Positions 9,497-19,893 of a stretch of 64,000 nucleotides of DNA are shown piece after piece. The notes under the pieces are model-generated. The model had not been told where the DNA came from. It ran no database searches and saw only the letters and a program-made list of their open reading frames with translations. Numbering within the stretch: the first letter of the stretch is position 1; every line of letters starts with the position of its first letter. Made by a program: the position numbers and the translations under genes. Location: the NCBI GenBank assembly GCA_963676565.1, contig OY781089.1, positions 1,344,001-1,408,000 of the forward strand, in the 5' to 3' direction. The DNA comes from Halarcobacter sp. (GTDB lineage: Bacteria > Campylobacterota > Campylobacteria > Campylobacterales > Arcobacteraceae).

Positions 9497-9835
9497 CTAT
9501 ACCGTCCCTGTTGTACATATTTTTTGATTTCAAAGATGATTTTAGCAGAATATCGAGTAAATTTACTTAGAAGGTTAATTCAATTTTCTTTTAATGCTAA
9601 AATTATGTGTTATGGTAACATTTTGTTCATTTTTCCTCAATTAATCTAATACACAATATGTGTACAAATGAAACAAATTAAGATTCATTTTAGCATAAAT
9701 TTTAAATTTGTACAATTTTTGTACATGTATGTAAACTTTTGAGTATAAAACTATATAAACTTAACTTAACTAAGTGTTAGATATAATCTGCGATTTATAG
9801 AATTAAGAACAAAATACAATTTAAGGTATTAAACA

Positions 9836-12568
9836 ATGGATTACAAAGATAGTTTACTATTACCAAACACAAAATTCCCAATGAGAGGGAATTTACCTCA
9901 GAATGAACCAAAGAGATATGAGCTTTGGGATGAAAATCAAGTTTATAACAAAATGAAAGAAAATAGAAAGGGAAAACCTTCTTTTACACTTCATGATGGT
10001 CCTCCATATGCAAATGGTCATATTCATATTGGACATGCATTAAATAAAATCTTAAAAGATATAATTGTTAAGTACCACTATTTCAATGGTAAATCAGTTA
10101 GATATGTTCCAGGTTGGGATTGTCATGGACTTCCAATTGAACAAAAAGTTGAAGAGAAAATTGGATCAACTAAGAAAAAAGAGCTTCCTAAGTCTAAAAT
10201 TAGAGAGTTATGTAGAGAACACGCTTCAAGATTTATTGATATTCAAAGGGATGAGTTTAAAAAACTTGGAATTACGGGTGATTGGGAAAATCCTTATTTA
10301 ACTATGGATTTTAAATTTGAAGCAAATATTTATAGAGAACTTTGTGCTATTGCAAAACAAGGTTTATTGGTTCAAAGAAGTAAACCAGTTTATTGGTCTT
10401 GGGCAGCACAAACAGCACTTGCTGAAGCTGAAGTTGAGTATGAAGATAAAACTTCGCCATCTATTTATGTCGCTTTTAAACATGAAACTATAGATGCAAG
10501 TGTAATTATTTGGACAACTACACCTTGGACATTACCAGCAAATACAGGTATTTCACTAAATGGTGAAGAAGAGTATGTATTAACAAGTGATAAATTCATT
10601 GTTGCAAAAAAACTGTATAATCAATTAATTGAAAAAGAAGTAATAAAAGGTGAAATAGTTGAGTCTATTAATCCAAATGATTTAGAGAATACTCATGCAA
10701 TTAATCCATTAAATGGAAGAGAATCTAAAATTATTTTAGGTGAACATGTTGAAATGGATGCTGGTACTGGTGCAGTTCACACAGCTCCTGGTCATGGTGA
10801 GGATGACTATAAAGTTGGTCTTAGATATGGTTTAGATGTTATTATGCCTGTTGATGCAGAGGGTAAATATGATGAAACTATAGTTAGAGAAAAACTATTT
10901 AATGATACAGAAAAATATCTTGGAATGCATGTATTTAAAGCAAATGAGATGATTTTAGAAGAGTTAACAGCTAATGGATCTTTATTAAGTAAAACGGATA
11001 TTAGACACTCTTACCCACACTGTTGGAGAACTCATAAACCAATTATCTTTAGAGCAACAAAACAATGGTTTATCTCTATTGATGATGAGTATGGTGAGCA
11101 AAATAAAACTTTAAGACAAAATGCACTTGATGTAGTTAATAATTTAACTTTTTATCCTGAATGGGGAAGAAACAGACTTAAATCTATGCTTGAAGGAAGA
11201 CCTGATTGGTGTATCTCTAGACAAAGAGACTGGGGTGTTCCAATCGCTTTCTTTAGAAACAAAAAGACTGATGAGATTGTTTTTGATGAAAATGTATTAA
11301 ATTACACAGCTAAGATTTTTGAAGAAAAAGGTTGTGATGCTTGGTATGACTTATCAATTGAGGAATTATTAGATCCTCAAAGTGGATTAAACCCTGAAGA
11401 TTTAGAAAAAACTATGGATATCTTAGATGTATGGTTTGATTCTGGTTCTACTCAAAATGCAGTTTTAAGAAGTGGAAACTATGATGCTGGTACATTCCCT
11501 GCTGATATGTATTTAGAAGGAAGTGATCAACACAGAGGTTGGTTCCAATCTTCACTTTTAACAACTTTAGCTTCAAGTGAAGTAGCACCTTACAAATCGA
11601 TTTTAACACATGGATTCACTGTTGATGAAAAGGGTGAAAAAATGTCAAAATCAAAAGGAAATGTTGTTGCTCCTGAAAAAGTTATGAAGCAATATGGTTC
11701 TGAGATTTTAAGATTATGGGTTGCAATGAGTGATTATCAATCAGATTTAAAAATTTCTGATAATATCTTAAAACAAAATGCTGAGCTTTACAGAAAGATT
11801 AGAAATACAGCAAGATTCTTACTTGCAAATGTTAGTGATCTTGAAGAGATTGTATCAGTTGATAAAATGGGACCACTTGATAAATGGGTATTAAGTAAAG
11901 CTAAAAAGACTTTTGATGAGATTGAGAGTTCATTTGCTGTATATGAATATTCTAAGGGATTAAATAAATTAAACAATTTCTTAGTTGTAGATTTATCAGG
12001 TATCTATTTAGATGTTTGTAAAGATAGATTATATTGTGATGATAAAAATGATATTCATAGAATTGCATCTCAAAGTGCAATGGCAATTATTCTTAAAAAA
12101 TTAATATCTACTATTGCTTGTATATTAACTTATACAATGGATGAATTAATTGAATATGCTCCTTCATTTATTAAAGGTGATGCAAAAGATATTTTTGATT
12201 TTGATAGGGTTGAACTTCCTGAAGTTGAAAGCAATCTTAATGAAGAGATTTTATTATTAGCTAAAGAAAAGTTTAGTGAAGCTATTGATACACTTAAAAA
12301 AGATAAAGTTATTAAATCAACTTTAGAGTTAGAAATTTCTACTACTTCAAAAGATATTTTAGATTTAGAAAGAGTTGAGGCTGAAGATTGGTTCTTAGTT
12401 AGTTCTATCACAAGTGAATCGCAAGAAGATATTTTGGCAAGTTTTGAAATTGAAGATGTTAAGTTTACTGTTGCACGAGCAAAAGGTGCTAAGTGTCCAA
12501 GATGTTGGAAGTTTACTTCAAAAAGTGAAGAAGAACTTTGTTCAAGATGTGAAGAAGTAATAAACTAA
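9836..12568 (+). CDS. ileS: Isoleucine--tRNA ligase
   Basis: HIGH ([11 protein letters not shown]), WTTTPWT, KMSKS, C-terminal CPRCW...CSRC. Confidence 0.98.
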   Translation: MDYKDSLLLPNTKFPMRGNLPQNEPKRYELWDENQVYNKMKENRKGKPSFTLHDGPPYANGHIHIGHALNKILKDIIVKYHYFNGKSVRYVPGWDCHGLPIEQKVEEKIGSTKKKELPKSKIRELCREHASRFIDIQRDEFKKLGITGDWENPYLTMDFKFEANIYRELCAIAKQGLLVQRSKPVYWSWAAQTALAEAEVEYEDKTSPSIYVAFKHETIDASVIIWTTTPWTLPANTGISLNGEEEYVLTSDKFIVAKKLYNQLIEKEVIKGEIVESINPNDLENTHAINPLNGRESKIILGEHVEMDAGTGAVHTAPGHGEDDYKVGLRYGLDVIMPVDAEGKYDETIVREKLFNDTEKYLGMHVFKANEMILEELTANGSLLSKTDIRHSYPHCWRTHKPIIFRATKQWFISIDDEYGEQNKTLRQNALDVVNNLTFYPEWGRNRLKSMLEGRPDWCISRQRDWGVPIAFFRNKKTDEIVFDENVLNYTAKIFEEKGCDAWYDLSIEELLDPQSGLNPEDLEKTMDILDVWFDSGSTQNAVLRSGNYDAGTFPADMYLEGSDQHRGWFQSSLLTTLASSEVAPYKSILTHGFTVDEKGEKMSKSKGNVVAPEKVMKQYGSEILRLWVAMSDYQSDLKISDNILKQNAELYRKIRNTARFLLANVSDLEEIVSVDKMGPLDKWVLSKAKKTFDEIESSFAVYEYSKGLNKLNNFLVVDLSGIYLDVCKDRLYCDDKNDIHRIASQSAMAIILKKLISTIACILTYTMDELIEYAPSFIKGDAKDIFDFDRVELPEVESNLNEEILLLAKEKFSEAIDTLKKDKVIKSTLELEISTTSKDILDLERVEAEDWFLVSSITSESQEDILASFEIEDVKFTVARAKGAKCPRCWKFTSKSEEELCSRCEEVIN

Positions 12569-12569
12569 T

Positions 12570-12701
12570 ATGTTTGAACAAGAAGTTACATTAACATTTA
12601 TTTTTTCTACAATAGCAGTGATTTTAATTTTCACTGCTATTGGAATAGTTTATGTAAATAAGAAAGCAAAAGAGGTAAAAGAAAAAAATGATGCCATTTA
12701 G
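12570..12701 (+). CDS. Small single-TM protein, 43 aa, not in the ORF track
   Basis: MFEQEVTLTFIFSTIAVILIFTAIGIVYVNKKAKEVKEKNDAI*; starts 1 nt after the ileS stop and overlaps the next gene start. Confidence 0.65.
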   Translation: MFEQEVTLTFIFSTIAVILIFTAIGIVYVNKKAKEVKEKNDAI

Positions 12702-12966
12702 CGATGAAGACCTAAGACCACCAGTTACTTCTATAGTTGAGAAAAAAATAGCACCTATGCTAGCAAGAGATGGTGGGGCTATTCAACTTTTAGATATAAT
12801 TAATGGAAAAGTATTTATACAATTACAAGGTGCTTGCGTTGGTTGTAGTGCAAGTTCTAGTACTTTAAAATTTATAGTTGAAAAAGAATTAAAATCAGCA
12901 ATCCATCCTGAGTTGGAAATAGTAAATGTTCCTCAAGGAATGGAAAACAATTTACAGGAGCTTTAA
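12688..12966 (+). CDS. NifU C-terminal/NfuA-like Fe-S carrier
   Basis: PMLARDGGAI...LQGACVGCSASSSTLK. Confidence 0.92.
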   Translation: MMPFSDEDLRPPVTSIVEKKIAPMLARDGGAIQLLDIINGKVFIQLQGACVGCSASSSTLKFIVEKELKSAIHPELEIVNVPQGMENNLQEL

Positions 12967-13562
12967 TGATAAATGAGAGTAGATTATTGAATGAAGCAAA
13001 TTCATTTTTTCTAGAGAGGAAATTTGACAAGGCTTTATTTTTATATTCACAACTATCATCAAATTTTCCAAGCAATAAAGAATATCCAGTTTATGCCTTA
13101 TTCTGTGATATTGCAACTGAAGATGAAGAAAAAGCTTTGTCTTTATTTGACTATTTTAGTGTTGCTAAGGATGAAAATATTGAAGAAGCACTTTCTTATG
13201 TAGAAGATACAATTAATGCATATGATGGTGATGTAGATAAGATGATGGAAATCCTCTCAGACTTAACTAATTCTACAGTTGATAATTTAGATGCAATTAG
13301 ATATGAAGATTTTAAAAAATTGATTGAATCGCGAGGTTCTTTTAAAGTAGCTTTTGAAGATATTATGTTCTCTACAAAAGTTGCAATAGAATCAAAAGAG
13401 GATTTTTTTGATTTTGTTAATAGATTAATTGATAATGATTTTAATAGCACAGCATATTCATATTTGGATGGTTTCAATGAATACTTTGCATATGATACTA
13501 AAATTGAAGAGTTATATAAAAAATTAGAAGAGAAAAAATTTGCAACTAACCATAAACAATAA
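12966..13562 (+). CDS. Conserved hypothetical protein (N-terminal TPR-like)
   Basis: Coupled ORF; acidic and helical; EANSFF...FDKALFLYSQL. Confidence 0.75.
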   Translation: MINESRLLNEANSFFLERKFDKALFLYSQLSSNFPSNKEYPVYALFCDIATEDEEKALSLFDYFSVAKDENIEEALSYVEDTINAYDGDVDKMMEILSDLTNSTVDNLDAIRYEDFKKLIESRGSFKVAFEDIMFSTKVAIESKEDFFDFVNRLIDNDFNSTAYSYLDGFNEYFAYDTKIEELYKKLEEKKFATNHKQ

Positions 13563-14823
13563 GATTTACACTGATAATTCACAAGAGGTGGATGAATCAA
13601 AAATATTTGTCATCTCTAAACAAAATGAAAAGTTTATTGAATCTGCAAAACAAAATGGATGTAAAGAGTTTGTTGAAGCTAAAGATTTAAAAAATCATCT
13701 TGATATGAGTAGTATCAAAGTTATTGGTATAACTGGGACAAATGGAAAAACCACAACAGCAGCTGCTATATATTCAATACTTCTTGACCTTGGGTATAAA
13801 GTTGCTTTACAAGGAACTAGAGGGTTTTTCATAAATGATGAAAAAATGGAAGATTATACCCTTACGACGCCAGTTCAATTAGGAAACTTTGCACACATAA
13901 AAAAAGCTATAGATAATGCTTGTGAATATTTTGTAATGGAAGTAAGTTCCCATGCAATTGAGCAAAAAAGGATTGAAGGCTTAGAGTTTGAACTTAAAAT
14001 TCATACAAATATCACTAGAGATCATTTAGATTATCACAAAAGTATTGAAGAGTATATCAATGTAAAGAACTCTTTTTTAAGTGATGAAACAAAAAAACTT
14101 ATTAATAAAGATGACCCAGTGGTTAAGTTTAATCCTAAAAATGGATACTCTTACGGTATGGAAAATCCATCAACATATAATGTATCAGCTTACTCATTTA
14201 AAAATGGTATGAATGTAATGTTTTCAAAAATTGAGGATATGTACTCATTTTCATCTCCTATGATGGGTATTTTCAATATTTACAATCTTTTAGCTGCAGT
14301 TGCTGCAGTTGATATTGTAAGTGAAAATAAACTTGAAGAGATTTGTGAAGTAGTTGATAACTTTGCAGGTGTAAGTGGAAGAATGGAAACTATAAGTGAA
14401 GAGCCTTTTGTTATTGTTGATTTCGCACACACTCCCGATGGTATGAAAGAGGTTTTACAAAGTTTTAATCATAAAGATATCATTGTAGTTTTTGGAGCAG
14501 GTGGAGATAGAGATCAAGAAAAAAGACCTCTTATGGGACAAGTAGCTTCTAATTTTGCAAAAACTATTATCGTAACAAGTGATAATCCTAGATTTGAAGA
14601 TCCTGATTTGATTATTGAAGATATTTGTAAGGGAATTAAAAATAAAGATAATCTAATAATTGAAATAAACAGAAAAGAAGCTATTAGAAAAGCTATAGAT
14701 TTAGGAAAAGAAAACTCTAATAGTGTAGTTTTAATTTTAGGAAAAGGTGATGAACCTTATCAAATAATTTATGATAAAAAGTTCTCCCTTATTGATAAAG
14801 AAGAGGTTTTAAAGCATATCTAA
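13540..14823 (+). CDS. murE: UDP-MurNAc-Ala-Glu--DAP ligase
   Basis: GITGTNGKTTT, MEVSSHA, DHLDYH, DFAHTPDG, DNPR. Confidence 0.96.
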   Translation: MQLTINNKIYTDNSQEVDESKIFVISKQNEKFIESAKQNGCKEFVEAKDLKNHLDMSSIKVIGITGTNGKTTTAAAIYSILLDLGYKVALQGTRGFFINDEKMEDYTLTTPVQLGNFAHIKKAIDNACEYFVMEVSSHAIEQKRIEGLEFELKIHTNITRDHLDYHKSIEEYINVKNSFLSDETKKLINKDDPVVKFNPKNGYSYGMENPSTYNVSAYSFKNGMNVMFSKIEDMYSFSSPMMGIFNIYNLLAAVAAVDIVSENKLEEICEVVDNFAGVSGRMETISEEPFVIVDFAHTPDGMKEVLQSFNHKDIIVVFGAGGDRDQEKRPLMGQVASNFAKTIIVTSDNPRFEDPDLIIEDICKGIKNKDNLIIEINRKEAIRKAIDLGKENSNSVVLILGKGDEPYQIIYDKKFSLIDKEEVLKHI

Positions 14824-15773
14824 TGGTATGCTCTTATTAAAACCCCTTTATTATTTTCTTTAGATTTTACATAATAGTTTGTCGGGGTTAAAACTATATC
14901 TTCCCCTAGAATATCTTTTATTTTCCAAGATACTTCAAGAACTCTTTGTCTAGAAAGTCCCCTTAACATATACTCTTTTACCTTTTCAACATAGTTCTTG
15001 TCATTATTGTTTAAAACTTTTTTCATACCTTCAAATAATTGATTATCATCTTTTGCCATTACTGGGATTACTTCAAATCTAATCGCATCTTTATTTTTAT
15101 CTAAAAAAGGTTTAAGTTGCTTTAGGCATGATTCATCAGGTTTAGTATTAGCAGCCTTAAAATCGTAACATTTTAAGGTATTAAATTTTAACGAATTATA
15201 GAATTTCTTGAAATTTCCTTTTTCTAGGATAACTTCTTTTTCAACTATTTGTTTTTGAACAACTGTTTTTACAATCTCTTTTGGCTCTTTAATATTTTCC
15301 ACAATAGTTTTAGAGTCATCCTCTTTTTCAGCTTTTTTTTCAATTTCATCACCAAGTTCTTTTACAACTTTATCAAGTTCTTCTTTTACAACTTGCTTGA
15401 TTTCATTTGATTTTGGTTCTTGTGTGTCAGCAGTTTCTACATTGATTGTTTTTGTATTGAAGTTATCACTTGTAAATAAATATATTGTTAATATTAAAAG
15501 TAAAGCTGCAACAATAGAAACTAAATAAAGTAAAAGATTTGATTCTTTCTCTTCATCATGCTCTTTATCTTTTATAAAAGGTATTTTTACCTCTTCTTTA
15601 GTTTCATTCTCTTCTTTTTTATGTGCCTCTTTTTCATCAGAATCTTTTTCTTTTGTATTATTCTTTTCTTCTTTTATATTTTTTGTTTCTTCTTCTAACT
15701 TTTTTTGAATATCTTCTGTACTTAAAGTTTTTGTTAAAGCCTCTTTTAACTGTTCTTCTTTATTTTTTTGCAT
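14820..15773 (-). CDS. Single-TM hypothetical protein with a C-terminal OmpA-like domain (paralog 2)
   Basis: Charged N-terminus, TM LLLYLVSIVAALLLILTIYLF, C-terminal domain paralogous to 15788-16570. Confidence 0.7.
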   Translation of the reverse strand: MQKNKEEQLKEALTKTLSTEDIQKKLEEETKNIKEEKNNTKEKDSDEKEAHKKEENETKEEVKIPFIKDKEHDEEKESNLLLYLVSIVAALLLILTIYLFTSDNFNTKTINVETADTQEPKSNEIKQVVKEELDKVVKELGDEIEKKAEKEDDSKTIVENIKEPKEIVKTVVQKQIVEKEVILEKGNFKKFYNSLKFNTLKCYDFKAANTKPDESCLKQLKPFLDKNKDAIRFEVIPVMAKDDNQLFEGMKKVLNNNDKNYVEKVKEYMLRGLSRQRVLEVSWKIKDILGEDIVLTPTNYYVKSKENNKGVLIRAYH

Positions 15774-15787
15774 TAATTATCCTATTA

Positions 15788-16570
15788 CTAATAATAAGCC
15801 TTTAATATAAATCCACTATTGTCTTGTTTTGATTTTACATAATAGCTATTTGAAGTCAATATTATATCATTTCCTAAAATTTTTTTCATTTCCCATAAAA
15901 GTTCAGAAACTCTTTTTATAGATACACCATTTAGTAGTAGGTCTTGAGTGTTTTCGTCAAATTTTTCAAAGGCTTTTATATCCTTTGAACTTAAAACAGG
16001 AATAACTTGAAATCTTAAGGCTTTTTGGTTTTCATTTAAAAACTCTTTAAATTTAGTAGAACAATTATTTGGAATAGTTGTTGATGCACTTTCATATTCA
16101 TAACATTTTAAAATTTGCGAGTTTTCACTAAAATAAAGTTGTTTAAAATTTTTAGCTTCAACTTTTGTTACAGAGACATTTTGTTGAGTATTGTTAAGTT
16201 TTTCAATTTTAAGTTTTAATTGTTTGTTCTCTTGTTTTAGTTTTTCTAAATCTTGAGTATCTTTGATTTCAACTTTTTTTTCTACAACTTTTATAGTTTG
16301 TTTTTTTGTTTTTAATTCATCAAGTTCTTTTTGGATTTTTTTATTATTTTCATTTAATACAAGATTTTCTTTTATGATTTTTTTGTACTTTTGTGTATCA
16401 CTTGGATTATTGTCTTTTTCATTTTTTATATTAAAATACATCACAGCAAAATAGACTGCTACAACTGCAAAAATTAATAGTAAGATAAAATTTAAAGGTG
16501 AACGGTTTTCTTCTACAGGGTCTTTATTTTCATTTAAAATTGAATTTAATTCTTTACTGATTTCTGCCAT
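15788..16570 (-). CDS. Single-TM coiled-coil hypothetical protein with a C-terminal OmpA-like domain (paralog 1)
   Basis: TM FILLLIFAVVAVYFAVMYF, coiled coil, KCYEY...RFQVIPV...YYVKSK. Confidence 0.7.
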   Translation of the reverse strand: MAEISKELNSILNENKDPVEENRSPLNFILLLIFAVVAVYFAVMYFNIKNEKDNNPSDTQKYKKIIKENLVLNENNKKIQKELDELKTKKQTIKVVEKKVEIKDTQDLEKLKQENKQLKLKIEKLNNTQQNVSVTKVEAKNFKQLYFSENSQILKCYEYESASTTIPNNCSTKFKEFLNENQKALRFQVIPVLSSKDIKAFEKFDENTQDLLLNGVSIKRVSELLWEMKKILGNDIILTSNSYYVKSKQDNSGFILKAYY

Positions 16571-16571
16571 A

Positions 16572-17486
16572 TCATTGCCTATTTTTTAGATATATATAAA
16601 GTATCAATGAAATGATAGCAAAAAATAATGGAAAAAAGAATAAATAATTTTTCAATGTGATTTTATTGTTTTCAATTTTACTTTTTTCTAGGTTATCAAT
16701 CTCTTGGTATATTAGATTTAAATCCTCTTTAGAGTAAGCAATATATGATTTTCCATTTGTTTGTTCTGCAATAGTATTTAGCATAATTCTATTGGATCTT
16801 CCAATTCCAACTGTATAAACTTTTATTGAGTATTTTTTTAATAGTTTTACAATCACCTCTAAAGGTATTTTGCTTGAATTATCTTCTCCATCACTAAGTA
16901 AAATTATGATTTTTGATTTTGCTTTTGATGATTTTAATATTTTTGCTGAAGTTGCAAGGGAATCAAGTAAGGCTGTTTTGTCTCCAACAATCCCAACTTC
17001 TAAATAATCAATTATAGATTTTTGAGCTTCTTTATCAAAGCTTAATGGCGTTGCCATCATGACTGAACTTCCAAAAACTACAATGGCAACATTATCATTT
17101 GCCCTTTTAGGTAGGAAATCCTTTACAATATCTTTTACAACTGTAAATCTATTTTCATTTTGGTTATCTTTATTTAGTCCTAATTCTTTCATTGAGCCAC
17201 TTGTATCTAAACTTAGAACTATATCTATACCATCATTTTTTATGATTTGGGTATTTAATTGTTTATAGGGTGAACTAAGTGCTATAACAGAACCAATGAC
17301 AACAAAATATTTTAACAGATTTATTAATAAAACACTTTTATGTTTACTATTTTCAAAAATTGCTAAATGTGGAATTATATATGTAGGAATTTTTGCCTTA
17401 CAATATATTGAACAGATTATAAATAAAGGTATTAAAACCAAAAAGAAAGGAAATTCAAAACGTAAATCAGTAAATAAATCAAACAT
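16572..17486 (-). CDS. VWA domain protein (BatA-like)
   Basis: N-terminal FEFP and TMs, MIDAS DTSGSM, LSDGED, C-terminal TM; likely start at ATG 17486. Confidence 0.88.
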   Translation of the reverse strand: MFDLFTDLRFEFPFFLVLIPLFIICSIYCKAKIPTYIIPHLAIFENSKHKSVLLINLLKYFVVIGSVIALSSPYKQLNTQIIKNDGIDIVLSLDTSGSMKELGLNKDNQNENRFTVVKDIVKDFLPKRANDNVAIVVFGSSVMMATPLSFDKEAQKSIIDYLEVGIVGDKTALLDSLATSAKILKSSKAKSKIIILLSDGEDNSSKIPLEVIVKLLKKYSIKVYTVGIGRSNRIMLNTIAEQTNGKSYIAYSKEDLNLIYQEIDNLEKSKIENNKITLKNYLFFFPLFFAIISLILYIYLKNRQ

Positions 17487-17865
17487 CAACATTATCCATA
17501 AATCTACCAAATAGAATTTTTACTTCATCACTTAAAGGTTCAACCTCTTTTTTATATTTAAATGATTCTAACTCTTCAATAAGTTCACTTGATAGTTTCT
17601 TATCCCTTTGGCTAATTGCTAACAACCTTGCATACTTTGTAATAATATAGGCACTATTTTTTGAATCATTTAAATCTAATTTTTTTAAGATTTTATAATA
17701 GTGTTTCCTTTTATCTTTTTTTCTATATTTGAAATATTTAAAAAGTAAAAAAACTATTATACAAAATAAAATAACGCCTAAAATCCATAAGGTTAAATAT
17801 ATATACAATGAAAAATCTGGAATATCAACAAGTTGTTTTATATCATGTATTTCAATTTCATTCAT
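17479..17865 (-). CDS. Small membrane protein of the MoxR/Bat operon (DUF4381-like)
   Basis: IHDIK...P followed by TM and basic stretch; lies between DUF58 and VWA. Confidence 0.7.
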   Translation of the reverse strand: MNEIEIHDIKQLVDIPDFSLYIYLTLWILGVILFCIIVFLLFKYFKYRKKDKRKHYYKILKKLDLNDSKNSAYIITKYARLLAISQRDKKLSSELIEELESFKYKKEVEPLSDEVKILFGRFMDNVDV

Positions 17866-18698
17866 TATTTCATTAACCTTAATAATTTAGGTAAAGGGTC
17901 TTCATTTGTATAGATTTTTACAAATTTTATCCCACATTTTTGAAAATGTTCATATAGAAGATGGTCATTATTTTTTATCTCTTTTTTATATTTTGATATT
18001 GTAGATTTATCTAATAATCCTTCAAATGTTTTATTTGTTGTTGGATCAATTAAATTTACATTTCCTAACTCAAAGGGATTTTCTTCAAAAGGGTCTCTTA
18101 GTATTATTGATATAATTTCATGCTTTCTACTTAAAACTCTTAAATCTAAATCTTTAATATTTAAAAAATCTCCAATCAAAAAAATGATAGATTTTTTTCT
18201 AATCTTTCTAAGAAGTTCACTACAAATATTTTTATAACTAAGATTTTGTCCTAAACTTGGATAATTAAATATCTTATCACACATTAAATCAACGGAAAAA
18301 TTTCTTTTTGATTTTTTTGTACAAAGTTGTAATTCTTCATTTGCTATAAAAGAGCTAAATGGGTCACTTTGTTTTACACATGAATATCCTAAAATTGCAC
18401 AAACCTCAGTTAATAAATCTTGTTTAAATCTTTTTGAGCCAAAATACATAGAACCATTTAAAATAGGGATAATATTTATATTTAACTCTTTTTGAGCATG
18501 GAAAACTTTTACATAAGGTTTTCTAAATTTAGCACTAATAACCCAATCGATTTTTTTTACATCTTCACCATATTCATACTCTTTTAATTCCATAAAGTCA
18601 TAACCTTCACCTTTTAATAAAGATGAGTTATTTCCAATAATTTCCGAAAAGATATTTCTTCTTGTTTTAATAAGTATTTTTTTTAGGTGATAGTTCAT
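17865..18698 (-). CDS. DUF58 domain protein
   Basis: GEGYDFMELKEYEYGEDVKKIDWVISAK. Confidence 0.92.
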   Translation of the reverse strand: MNYHLKKILIKTRRNIFSEIIGNNSSLLKGEGYDFMELKEYEYGEDVKKIDWVISAKFRKPYVKVFHAQKELNINIIPILNGSMYFGSKRFKQDLLTEVCAILGYSCVKQSDPFSSFIANEELQLCTKKSKRNFSVDLMCDKIFNYPSLGQNLSYKNICSELLRKIRKKSIIFLIGDFLNIKDLDLRVLSRKHEIISIILRDPFEENPFELGNVNLIDPTTNKTFEGLLDKSTISKYKKEIKNNDHLLYEHFQKCGIKFVKIYTNEDPLPKLLRLMK

Positions 18699-18707
18699 AT
18701 ATTACTA

Positions 18708-19658
18708 TTATGGAATGTCAATTTTTTCTAAAATTTTTTGAATTAAATCATCAACTTTTATATCCATAGCTTCAGCTTCATAACTTAGGATTATTCTATG
18801 TCTTAAAACATTTTTAGCAACTAAAGCAATATCAATAGGGCTTACATAATCATTTCCTCTTATAAAAGCCATAGCTTTTACAGCTTTAAACATATCAATA
18901 GTTGCCCTTGGACTTGCTCCAAATTGAATATAATCTTTTATCTCTTCAAGTCCGTAATTTTCTGCTTCTCTTGTTGCACAAATAATATCAACTATATACT
19001 CTTCAAGCTCTTTATCTATATGAACTTTTAAAACCTCTTTTTTTAAATCCCTTAAAGTATTTTTATCAATAACCTTATTCATCTCAAGAATCTCATTTGA
19101 TGAAACCCTTTTTGCTATCTCATACTCTTCCTCTTTAGTATTGTATCCCACAACTATTTTAAACATAAATCTATCAAGTTGTGCCTCAGGTAAAGAGTAG
19201 GCTCCTTCTTGTTCTATAGGGTTTTGTGTTGCTAGTACTAAAAATGGTGCTTCAACTAAAAAAGTATCATCAGCAATTGTAACTTGTCTTTCTTGCATAA
19301 CTTCTAGTAGGGCAGATTGAACTTTTGCAGGAGCTCTATTTATCTCATCTGCAAGTAAAAGGTTAGTAAAAATTGGACCTCTTTTTATTTTAAATTCACC
19401 AGTTTTCATATCATAAATTTGAGCACCAATAATATCACTTGGTAATAAATCAGGTGTAAACTGAACCCTTTTAAAGTTTAAATCAATTACATTAGCCACT
19501 GTTTTAACTGTTGTTGTTTTAGCAAGTCCAGGAACACCTTCTAATAAAATATGACCATTTGTTAAAAGTCCAATTAATATGGCATCGACCATATCACCTT
19601 GACCAATTATTACTTTTGAAATCTCATTTTTTATATTTGAAATTATATTGTTATCCAT
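18708..19658 (-). CDS. MoxR-family AAA+ ATPase
   Basis: GVPGLAKT, RVQFTPDLLPSD, DEINRAPAKVQSALLE, LPEAQLDRF. Confidence 0.96.
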   Translation of the reverse strand: MDNNIISNIKNEISKVIIGQGDMVDAILIGLLTNGHILLEGVPGLAKTTTVKTVANVIDLNFKRVQFTPDLLPSDIIGAQIYDMKTGEFKIKRGPIFTNLLLADEINRAPAKVQSALLEVMQERQVTIADDTFLVEAPFLVLATQNPIEQEGAYSLPEAQLDRFMFKIVVGYNTKEEEYEIAKRVSSNEILEMNKVIDKNTLRDLKKEVLKVHIDKELEEYIVDIICATREAENYGLEEIKDYIQFGASPRATIDMFKAVKAMAFIRGNDYVSPIDIALVAKNVLRHRIILSYEAEAMDIKVDDLIQKILEKIDIP

Positions 19659-19893
19659 TAGTTCTCTTTTTTATTAATTGAGCGTATTTTATCGAAAGGA
19701 AAATTTAAAAGCAAAAAGATAAAAGTTTTTAAATAGCAATTTTAAAAGAGTGATTAAAAAGTAGACAAAAAATGTCCTATTTAATTTTATATAAGGTGTA
19801 TAATCAAAAAAATGATTAATAGGTTTTACTACTTCTAATAATTGTAGTATTCTCAATTGTTCTTAAAAAGAACCACCCCTTTAGGAGGATGAC

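Noticed and set aside
14820..19658. Mobile island suggested by very AT-rich sequence
   Set aside because: No mobility genes or flanking repeats seen; Lys/Asn/Ile-rich proteins explain the composition
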